Of a stretch of 64,000 bases of DNA, positions 28,876 to 38,916 are shown in pieces; positions within the stretch are counted from its first letter, which is position 1; every line of letters starts with the position of its first letter. Where the stretch lies: contig MNCI01002152.1 of assembly GCA_015680685.1 (NCBI GenBank), forward strand, positions 125,344-189,343, given 5' to 3'. The DNA is from Gnetum montanum (taxonomy: Eukaryota; Plantae; Gnetophyta). The translations under genes and the position numbers were made by a program. The notes beneath the pieces are model-generated. The model had not been told where the DNA came from. It searched no databases and saw only the letters and a program-made list of their open reading frames with translations.

Positions 28876-29685
28876 TGATGAGTGGCGAAGTACCCCTACA
28901 CTCAACCATACAAATACAAGTGTTACACGCGCGATCCGGTCAAACTCCGTAGACTAAGTGCCTACATGCCTCATGGAACACTTAAGGTTAATCATTCGTT
29001 GTCTTCCCAAACTTACTTGTATTTGTCATGGTTGTATGGTTAAGTAAGTCTGAGGTATATGATTTTTATATCTTTTCAGTTTTATCTCCTATGCTAATGA
29101 GGTGAAGGGTGAAGAGACTAATTAACTAAATTTAACTAACTGACTAAGCCTTAATTAACCTAGTATCAATGTCCATTCCCACTTACTGTTCACACCCTGA
29201 ACCAATGCAACCTTGGTTACCAAATGCTAGTCGTTGCTGGGATCACCAAGCGTAACGCACGTGCTCGAAGCGGTCGTACTAAATGCACTTAACTACGGGA
29301 GAAGGGTTGAGAAAGATTTAATCAACTAATAAAGCATTAAACGATAAACAATAAATAATAATAAATAAAATCCTATTCATCCTATTCCATGCACTGCAAG
29401 GTTTATCCAAAAAGTTCTTCTTTATTTCCGTACACAAACTTGTGTTCAGGTACAATATTTGCTCGAATAAAGATCCATTCACTTTGGAGCTCCTACTGCG
29501 GGCACATGGAAATTATTCTATCTTTGGAGAGGTAAAACTGCAAGAGTTTCACTACGATCTAGGCCTAGAATTGAAATAAGGGAGAGCTACCTCTTATTTA
29601 TAGATTTGGCAACGGACCGCGATATCGTGTACACGATATTACAGGGGATGCGATATCGCGGCCTGTGCAATATCATGTCCCATCA
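28876..29685 (-). repeat. 5' LTR (810 bp)
   Basis: Highly similar to 22688-23504; flanked by the PBS and the TSD. Confidence 0.92.
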
Positions 29686-32147
29686 ATCCTTCATTTCATT
29701 AAAATGTAAAAGTTCATATATTGAAATGTTAGATTTGTCTCTTTTCAAATCATTAACCAAATCATAACTTTTATGCTCATCTTTAGTTTTTGATTGAGAT
29801 GGATTTCTTCTAAGTATAGAAGGTGGGTTTGATTGTTGTTGTATATTTACTTGAGATAATTTCATTTGGTTATTCATGTTATTTTGCTTAGGAGCTCTTA
29901 TGTTGGGAGACATATAAGTATTATTCCTAGTTTTCTATTGGGTGGTATTTATAATGTCACTAAGTCTACGATAGTAAGTGTTATGTAGGTTGGAATCACT
30001 AACCATAACTTGTTTACATGAGATAACTTCTTCATTTTTCTTTTTCATGAGGAATATTAAGGACCATGATTGCGACCTTACCATTTTGTTGGTTTTGGGA
30101 ACTATTATCATATAAAGCTAAGAATTATGGGTAGGTTTTTTCCAAATGTTGTCCAGTGTTATGAAGCCAACAATAATCATCATTAATTAATATACTTAGT
30201 TTATTTATCTTTATAGAAATTTTTTTGTTGTTTCTCCTTAGTTCCACTACTTTGTTTGAAAATTTTTGAAGTGATGTTAATATTTGGGTGATTTGGTTCA
30301 ATTGATTTTTTTCTAATTGGTTAATCCATTTGGATTAGTCATTTTAGTTGGATTAACAATGGATTGGATTAAAGCTTTAAATTGATTGTCATTTAAACCA
30401 ATATTTGATAAGAATGAGGAAGATATTATACGCTAAAAAAATTTGTTTGTAGGTTGAGGCATTTCTACAAGAGTATGATTTTGAAAAATAATATTATTCA
30501 ATGGGAAGGCTTGTAAAGAGAAAGGACTAGATTGCATAGAATTACTAATACCAATCATTCCAAATTTATTTTGAAGGCTATTCATCAAGGCAATTTGTTC
30601 TAGTTTAACAGCTTTAGCCATTGCTCCTTGTAACTCCATAATATTGTGATTATATTTGATGGCATAAGAAAAAAATGGATTAATAGTAGAGAGGTAAAGG
30701 ATGAGAATATCATCAGGTTGAGGACACATCTCATTTGATAGATTAGCTTGTTGATAAAGAAATCTTAAATTATAGTCACCAAGATTTTCCCCACATTATT
30801 TTCTTAGAGTTGTCATGTGAATTGATACTAAGGCAGAACTCATAAAGTTATCAAATTGAAACGGGAACTTAGTCTTAAAGTCTAGTGATGAATTAATAGA
30901 AGCATTGGAAAGCATAAGAAATCATTGTGTAGCTTTTATTCTAAATGAATATATCTAATGCAACCTATATGCAGGTATCAATGGGATAGATTGGAAAAAT
31001 GATCAAATCAAATAAAATTTATTCCACTTGAAAAAAAATATACGAATTCATCATATTCCAATTAACAATGTAGCAAAGTCGTAATGAATAGTACCTTAAA
31101 GATTTATCATGCATTAAAAAAAATTGGCAAAAGGAAAAGGATTAGATTGGTGGCGATGGCTCTCAACTTACTTACCTCACAACATGGAATGAGAACACTA
31201 TACATATCTATTTGCTAACTATAGAGGCAGATCTTTCCACCCTAATGCGACTTAAACAGAATATCAAGTGCAACATCGTCACCATAATTAGAAAAGCAAA
31301 ATGCTGAAGCCACAAAAGAAGTGGATGAGGGTATGCAAAGGTTTGCGTAGGTGAAGGCAGGTAAAGGCTAGCAACGTGGGCTGTAGAGGATTTATTAACA
31401 CTTGCAACAGTGCTCGACTCGTCGACGTTGCCGGTGATGACAGGGTTTCTCCAGGGCTTGGCGGCAATGAAGCACTTTTACGGTTGCATGAATCGATTTG
31501 TCGTAGATACTCGAGAAGACATAATCTTGGAGTTTAATCATTATCGCATCCTATCTGAAAAGGGGAAAAAATCAACCCTTCTCCGTTACACTAATAAAAC
31601 ACCATGCTGCAAAGATCAGATGTGCTTAAAAAAAAGGGGAAGGGTTCTATTCAGGTAAATGACGAAGATACTTAATAGTTAAAAGTACCATTATTCAACA
31701 ATGTTCAAAGAAAATTAACATATGCAATACTTATCTACTTAGTATGCATACTCTTATAACTATGAATATGGAACATATATTAAGGTAATAAAGCCCAAGT
31801 TCAACAATTACTTTGTTAAGTCATGACCCATATTCACCATGAGATATGTTGAGGTCAATAGGGTTTTAATTCTTTGATATACTAATGACATATAAGAAAA
31901 CAGGTTACCAACAAAACCTTGTTTTGATATCAATCTTTTATATTCAAGGTCTTCAAAAATGCAATTTTGATATAAAATAAATGTAAAACTAAATGTAAAA
32001 TATTAACTTGTGAACGATTAGTTTCTCCACTTCAATTAACATGGATAGAAAATTATACTTGACATAAGTAGATAAGATAATGCTAAAGAGAAAGTCAATA
32101 TAATAATCCAAAGATGTGTTTGTCCTACAATAGGTATTTAAATAGTT

Positions 32148-32294
32148 GGGGTGTTGTAACCAAAAATAAGTGAAACATAGGTATATCCCAAGATCTATAG
32201 TTCAATATAAACTTTATATCACTCAGCATTGCCCACCATATTAAAATCTATGACTTGGAGCTTTCAAATCAAGTGTCTTATTACTAGGCTAATA
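32148..32294 (-). mobile_element. tRNA-derived SINE-like repeat (copy 1)
   Basis: The reverse complement (tattagcctagtaataagacacttgatttgaaagctccaagtcat...ggttacaacacccc) aligns by eye along 46131-46282. Confidence 0.65.
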
Positions 32295-33731
32295 GATCAT
32301 TTTTTTAGTATATTAGGTCTACATGTTTCAAGAATCACAGTAAACTAGTAAGTAGGGGCCTTGAATAACTTAAAAGTCCAAAAAATCACAATAAAACCAT
32401 TGATTTTTTTGTTAAAAAAAATGATTTATTATACAAGTCAACTCAAGCTACCAAAAATTCTACTCCATTAAACAGAGACCTTTGGTTAAAAAAAAAAAAA
32501 ACTATTCTTATAACCATTATCCTTTTCACCCTAAGAAAATATGAAACCACCACCCAATTGTTGAATAGGATGCTCCATTATGTAACATAACACCCAACAC
32601 CAAGTCCTACTTTGACTATGTTAAAAATTAGCATACTTTGACCATGTTAAAAATAGCCAAGATAATTGATGGAAATAGATGTTAACTCACGGTGCAGCCG
32701 TACAGGTAAACAAAAAGAGTACATAAGTGGAGACTTGTCACTGCCGTTACACATTTAAAAAAATCGTATTTTTAATTTACAAAGGATCTGGGACGATAAA
32801 TGACAAACAGACAGTCCCGATAAATTCATGAAAGATCCGCTGAAATAAGAAATGGTTCAAAGCTATAGGCCTTGCATTTCCCTGTTAGAATGGGATATTA
32901 CTCAAAATATTCCTTAACAATTTATCACACGTTTCTTTTTTCTCATAAGCGCACCTATTAAGACCCAGACCATTAATTATATAAAATCCCGTACATGGTT
33001 TAAATTTCCATACTACTACATGTTTTCTCTTGCAATTAAAAAATACTTCCGGTTTCAGTATTTCAAGTTTTTGCCTATACCAAACACGTGCCTTCAGTAA
33101 CCCTCGTTAAGCTTTTGCTGCAACTTAAGAAAAGCGGAAAAAATTTCATACTATCACATCATGGGCAAAAATGTGTGCAGGGCTACAAGCACGGTGTTGC
33201 CTGTACTTTCTGATACTAGAAATGCTCATGCCTCCAATGTCTTCTTTACACGGTTGCTGATTATGATTGAAGTCTTTTCAACAGTAAATTCATGATATGC
33301 TGAAGCAGCATTCTCCCAAACAAAGAAATGATAACTCACATCTTATAAAGTACTAAATTTTAACACATATCATGACCTGGCTCAGTGCCAATACCTGTCC
33401 AAGATTTGCAGGGTCTTAGTTCCACAGTCCATGCTATTTCGAATGCTTGCGACGTTCTATGAGATTGTGAAATTTATGAAATTTATGTGAAGTTTAGGTC
33501 GAAAACGACCTTCCTTCGTGTGATTAACAAGTAACGACAGTTACGTGGTTACTTATTATGAAACCATCACCGTACATGTCACCTTCTGAATTACGAACTC
33601 CAGTTTCCTTGTTATAGAAAACACAGTGAGCTTACATGAGAAACGCGTCCACGTTATGTACTTTTCACATTAACCATTAATCATTAAAGATACAGTGAAA
33701 CAAACCATGCAGCACACGCAGTGCGCGTTAC

Positions 33732-33737
33732 TTTATT
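33732..33737 (-). terminator. Candidate polyadenylation signal AATAAA of the glycine-rich gene
   Basis: Minus-strand AATAAA ~115 nt after the natural stop at 33850. Confidence 0.4.
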
Positions 33738-33849
33738 TAAAAGGATCATTATTCGGAGCCATAACGCATCCCGGAAGCTCCACTTATTATAGGATGCTTT
33801 GTGAGAAACGCTACTTTTTGTGTTGGCTATATGCAGCCTCCATTTCTGA

Positions 33850-34619
33850 TCAATTAGGATCACCAATGGCTCCACCAGAACCACTACCGCTGCCACCACC
33901 AGAACCATAGGCGGAACCAGACCCACCAGTGGCACTTCCGGAGCCATAGCCTGACCCACCGCCAGAGCCATAGGCTGAACCAGACCCACCATCAGCACTT
34001 CCAGAGCCATAACCTGATCCACCACCAGAGCCATAGGCAGAACCAGACCCACCTGTGGCACTTCCAGAGCCATAACCCTGCCCACCACCAGAGCCCGAGG
34101 CAGAACCAGAGCCACCATCAGCACTTCCAGAGCCATATCCAGATCCACCACCTGAGCCATAGGCAGAACCAGACCCGCCATTGGCACTTCCAGAGCCATA
34201 ACCAGATCCACCACCCAATCCATAGGCACTGCCAGACCCACCGGTGGCACTTCCAGAGCCATATCCAGAGCCCCCACCAGAACCATAGGCAGAACCAGAC
34301 CGCCATCGGCACTTCCAGAGCCATAACCTTGACCACCACCCGATCCATAGGCCGTGCCAGACCCGCCAGTAGCGCTACCAGATCCATACCCAGAGCCACC
34401 GCCGGAGCCATAGGCAGAACCGGAATTTCCGGTGGCTCCACCATACCCAGAACCGGAGCCACCACCAGAGCCAACGGCAACATCGGTGACTGTTTCTTTG
34501 CCAGTGGAGGCGTGTGCAGCGACTTCAGTATCGTAAGCAACCAGCGACCTCCGTGCATGGCACGTGAAGGCGATTGCTGCCAGCAGAAGCAGCACTGCTT
34601 GGATTTTCATTCCTCCCAT
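33850..34619 (-). CDS. Secreted glycine/serine-rich (cell-wall GRP-like) protein, ~256 aa if the 1-nt frameshift at ~34300 is corrected; frameshifted allele or assembly error
   Basis: Signal peptide MGGMKIQAVLLLLAAIAFTCHA, then about nine 21-aa units SGSAYGSGGGSGYGSGSAxGG, ending AIGDPN*. Intronless and CpG-rich, with an upstream TATA. One unit has ggc gg tct where the others have ggc ggg tct. Confidence 0.85.
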
Positions 34620-34680
34620 GTTTAATCCCCGAAACCCAAAGTTTCTTTTCGTGTTGCGGACTGAACGCGCTTTGTTTGCT

Positions 34681-34687
34681 ATTTATA
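34681..34687 (-). promoter_or_regulatory. TATA box of the glycine-rich gene
   Basis: TATAAAT on the minus strand, ~62 nt upstream of the ATG at 34619. Confidence 0.6.
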
Positions 34688-35081
34688 ATGCGAGGCAAGT
34701 TGCTGCGTTTCTTCATTTTCTGCGCAGTAATGAAGTCAAGGTCTTTTATCCGTTGCACGTTGTTTCTCGTTCCAGTTTTCCAGTTACTGCAATCTGTGGC
34801 TTTGGATGTTGTTTATGAATATGGTTCAGAATCCTAACTTTTGTCCGTTCGGAATATTGGATCTCAGCGAGTGCTTCACACCCGTGAAAGGTTCCTCGTA
34901 GGCTTCTAGTAACTCCATATTTGCACGATACTTCGGTTAGTTTTGTTAGGGTCGTTTTGACTCCTCTGACAGTGACAGTGACACTGGCCCCTGGTTTAGC
35001 AAGATCTGCTATCCATGCTAAACACAGGCTTTGCTTATTTTTGCCAGTCAACTTTGTTTTCCGTGGGAAATTCATGGTTTT

Positions 35082-36405
35082 ATGCTGAGGAAGGGTTGTT
35101 CTTTGTCTTCTGATTTAAAAAAAAAATTTATAGAGTGCATAAAGCTGACGAAGATTGCTAGGATTTGAGAGCTCGTGCTAGCTCCATGAGTATAAACGGA
35201 AGTGTCTATGCAGAGGAGCTTTTGGCAGCTACCATTATAGTTATATGCATGGTACCTCATGCATCATGTTAAAATTACTTAATTATAGGTACACTCATAC
35301 ATAGTTAACATATTACCTTAGAAGAAGAAAAACATAATAAAGCAAATGCTTCTTAGACAATGAGCTAATCACTATAGTTAACTTTCATTAGTTAGATTAA
35401 AGAACTTACTAAACAATATACGCATAATGCAATACCTTGTTTTATTAATGTCACTGCTACTAAGGCATTTATACCCATCTTTGTAGTCAATCTACATAAA
35501 GTAAAATAATCAGCATTAGAAGTAAGTACTTAAAACTTCTTCATAATTAAGAAAATTTTACAATGCTATTTTTTATATTACTAGACAATTCTACAAAAAG
35601 CGTATTGGTCTAATTGATCAAATGAGCATATCACACATGGTAGAAAATATTTCATAAAAGAGAGGGAGAGATCACCATGGGCAACTTCCACCAAGTCTTC
35701 CTTCTTGTGTAGTGATAGAAATATCTTTGAGAAGAAGACAAGGGTTCTTTTAAAGGGATCCCAATGTCATTTCTCAAAAGGTATTTACGTGAAGTTTTAC
35801 CTAAAGGATAGATTCAAAATAGAAGTGTGACAAGTTTGTACAACAAGTTCTAGATGGCAACAACATCATTACTATTTCTATATGCAAGACATTTACATGC
35901 ATAGTTAAGGAGAATCACTTTCCTGAAAAGAGAAAAAATCCTTGTAGCCTCATGATAGATTATGAGTGATAAGCAATCCCAATGTCTAATACTATAAATC
36001 AAAACTATACACAAGAGACCTAATCGTAATCCATGGTCTAGACTAGCACTGTAGCAAATGTTCAATCTTGGATCATTGTTATCTTAATTGTACTTGTGTA
36101 GACTTTAGTACATATGGTTAAGCACAATTAAGGTATGTGATATTAATGTTTTTCAGCCTTGAATTAAATATTATTAAAATATTAAAACACTAAATTCTAA
36201 TTTAACCTAAGTTACGTACAAGAAGTAAATCTATTCTAGCCTAAGTACTGAGTATTTGTTTCCAGCATACCATACACATCTTGAACATACAATAACATTG
36301 TTGGGTGACCAAGTGTGCATTCTTGGGCATGCAAAGTGGCACACTACTTTGATTACTAAATGTTAATGTATTTATACTCAAAATTAGTTGTACTTATTCC
36401 ATGTA
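35082..36405 (+). repeat. Copy 1 of a ~1.3-kb direct duplication (copy 2 at 48920-50310)
   Basis: Near-identical from atgctgaggaagggttg to cttattccatgta. Confidence 0.95.
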
Positions 36406-36829
36406 ATTATTATGCATATATGCATAAATAATTAACTAAGTGTATAGAAAAAGAAAATATTAAATAATTTACATTAAAGGTAAATTTAAACTTTGTCAAA
36501 CTATTGTAATGAATAGGAATTAATCTTAATCTTATTATAGTTCATGGATGGTATCTAGGTACAATTCACTAGAATAACACTCTATGTAATTAATATGAAT
36601 CTCTACTATAGACACTTGCTATCACTTTCTAACTTCTACAAAATAAAACTACAAGAGTTGGCTAAGATATCAACTAAAATGATGCATAAACATTATATGT
36701 ATACTATATTTATAAGCATTTTTATAACTACATTTAAAAAATACTTTAACATATCATAGGCTTAGGGGAATGGTGTAGGGATATCTATTCTAATCTCCTT
36801 TTCATCCCTACAGGTAGTTGATTGTATCA
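35953..36829 (-). mobile_element. Athila-like solo LTR (degenerate, ~877 bp)
   Basis: TGA...ATCA ends and the same length class as LTR 18544-19424. Shares the blocks aatctattctagcctaa and agttgtacttattcca with it. TSD is unclear. Confidence 0.6.
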
Positions 36830-36837
36830 TCTCTTCT

Positions 36838-37021
36838 AATAACAATACGAGGCAAGGCAAGGCGACCATATCAATGTATATTTTCAAATCCAGACAATAT
36901 TTCATTGGAAATTATGAAATACGTACCCACTACGAATTTAATATGCTTCTGTACGCGCTCCCGAATCCGATGTGAACAGTTTGTCAAAATTTATAGGGAA
37001 TCGCAAATCTCCGGCGCATAG
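36838..37021. mobile_element. Isolated hAT-family right terminus
   Basis: Homologous to 48700-48887 and ends in the same TIR ...ccggcgcatag. Confidence 0.7.
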
Positions 37022-37092
37022 CTATGCATCAAAAGAATCGGATTCGTGGAAGGGAGAACTCGAGGATTCATGATTCTGAACGTGTTTGGGTA
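37022..37092. mobile_element. hAT-family left terminus (a second ctatgcatcaa start follows at 37094)
   Basis: Homologous to 47512-47582: ctatgcatcaaaagaatc...tgtttgggta. Confidence 0.7.
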
Positions 37093-37109
37093 TCTATGCA
37101 TCAAGAAAA

Positions 37110-38615
37110 AGTGGGGATGGGTTCGTAGCCGAGGACGTGATAGAGAAAATTAAGCTCTGGCGTACGGCCAACCTACCCACGCCTAAGTTCTCTGGCAATT
37201 TGCCAACGCTAGTGGCGTTGTGGATCTTATGGCCACCGAAGTTCTCTAGCAATTCGCTGACGTTGGCAACGTTGTGGATCCTATGGCAGGCCAGGAACGA
37301 TCAGGTCTTTAAAGGGATGGCTCTTCCCCAACCGGCAGGTTTCGTAGACTCTGGCGTGAAGTTACTACGGCAATGGGTACACACGCTCACCTCAAGCCTC
37401 CCGCCACCGCTCTCCAAAATCGGCCAGATCTCTGGCATTGGGTTACACGAATGGGGTGGACCTGCGTGCTGCCATGCATCGTGGCAAACCCAGAGATGGA
37501 TACCCAACCATTCTACACGAACTGGGGGGGAGAGGTTACTGTGTTCTGGGGGCACCAAATCTTGGTCACTGTCGACGCGGTGGCTGCTGTGATTGGTGCC
37601 CCCGCCATGGCTGCCACGATTGGTGCACTCGCCAGGGAGGACCATATTCCCCCAATTCACAGGATCACACTCCACGGTAGCAGATTTCTTCCAGGGCCCC
37701 ATCCCCAGGACGACAAGTGGACACATACGGGGATGGCCCTCTCGCCTGACTAGCAGGCTGCGGTGGAGTTGGTGGAGCAGTGCTTCATTCAGTCAGGCTT
37801 GCACCACAAACTAAATGGGGTGCACTTTAAGTTCCTCCAGAACATGCATACCAAGACTCCCGTCAACCTTCCGCTGTTCCTCTGGGAGTCTCCAGGCTCT
37901 GTGGCTAGCTGGGACCTCGGTCTGTGGCTGGCTGGGACCCGGTCTCGCTGCTTCAGCAGCCACCTCGTCCAACGCAAAAGGAGGAGGAGTGGGTACCGGG
38001 AGGAGGGTACTGCGGCTAAGAACAGGGCCTCGATTATGCCCCTAGGGTCCTACATGATGCTCACAGTGGACGGGACGAGTACGGGTAAGTCCTGGAGGGT
38101 GAGGAGCCGAAGACAAAGGATAGCCCCACAGACAAAACTAAGCTGCTCCCCCCACAGTCGCAAATCCAGACGCTGCTTTGGATTGAAGACATTATCAAAG
38201 CCCATATGACGGGCATTGCCCAGATAATAGATAATAGAGGAAAATAGACAACGCCTAGTGGCACGCCCAGGGCAGCCGGTTCCAAGACGGCAAATAGTCG
38301 AAGAGAATCAAAACTCCAGCCACAACTCCCCCAAAAGTTAGTGGGGGGTGGTGGGGGAGGGAAGCACCTGGGTGAGGCCCGGTTCGGGTTTGCTCTCTGG
38401 TTAATGGTCAGGGATAGGACCGGCGGCTCGTAGACGGGGATGCCCATGGCAGGGGTGGTTCACGGGGGAGGGCTAGTGTTCCTGGTCAATGTGGGGCTAG
38501 CTACTCTGGCCTGTGCTGTACTGATGTATAGCACCGCAAACGGGGGGATTCTGGGCTAGTGTTCTTGGTCGGTGTGGGGCCAACTGCTCTGGCCTACACT
38601 ATACGGATGTTAGCA
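37110..38615 (+). other. GC/CpG-rich insert with a LINE-like motif and an env-like/transposon-protein-like frame
   Basis: LWILWQARNDQVF resembles the L1 ORF2 C-terminal W.IW..RN...F motif. PFYTNWGGEVTVFWGHQILVTVDAVAAVIGAP and VNLPLFLW resemble the env-like domain. A diverged ~65-bp repeat pair lies at 38470-38615. Confidence 0.45.
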
Positions 38616-38916
38616 TTTTTTAAGGAATCCAAATTCGCTCGATTTTTTCCAAAAAAAAAAATTAAATCTCATATATCATAAAAAAACATTGTAGAATATA
38701 GAACAAATACAATGTAAATTCAAAATATTGTTAATGCTTAAAAATTGCATAAAAGATTGCAATGAAACATTAAGTATTGAGTCTCATGTGTGTTATAAAA
38801 TATTTTAGCATTATCATATATATATATATATGATAATGTTACAAAATTATCTATCTCTTTTTAAATCACAAAAGAGTTTCTTGCCAAAGCTTAGAAGTTG
38901 TCACATTGTTCAAAGT

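Larger units (their letters stand above)
22688..29685 (-). mobile_element. Structurally complete non-autonomous Athila-like element (gag and protease only; TR-GAG-like), 6998 bp
   Basis: Perfect 5-bp TSD ATCCT (22683-22687 and 29686-29690). LTRs at 22688-23504 and 28876-29685. PBS at 28857-28875 (rc TTGGCACTATTGCTGGGGA). PPT follows 23504. gag ~26400-28500 and protease KALLDSGSGVNLIS at ~26080; no RT, RNase H or integrase. Confidence 0.92.
19425..31000 (-). mobile_element. Tat-like Ty3/gypsy remnant (gag, protease, additional RNase H, RT), interrupted by the 22688-29685 insertion
   Basis: gag fragments at 29691-30960, protease-like GYNCLIDFYVTISVMS at 22312-22524, additional RNase H at ~21400-21811, RT N-terminus DILAWIYEDLK...WISNLVLVRK at 20717-20974. 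The frame rejoins across the nested insertion (HFNEMKD|VVKKTIITHG). Outer limits are approximate. Confidence 0.75.

Noticed and set aside
33695-34837. Overlapping alternative-frame and antisense ORFs over the glycine-rich gene
   Set aside because: Expected by-products of a GC-rich repeat with few stops; no independent coding signal.
36818-37021. Short ORF (MKYVP...ISGA) open in both this copy and 48669-48887
   Set aside because: It lies in hAT terminal DNA, the copies differ by many amino-acid changes, and the stop is simply part of the TIR.
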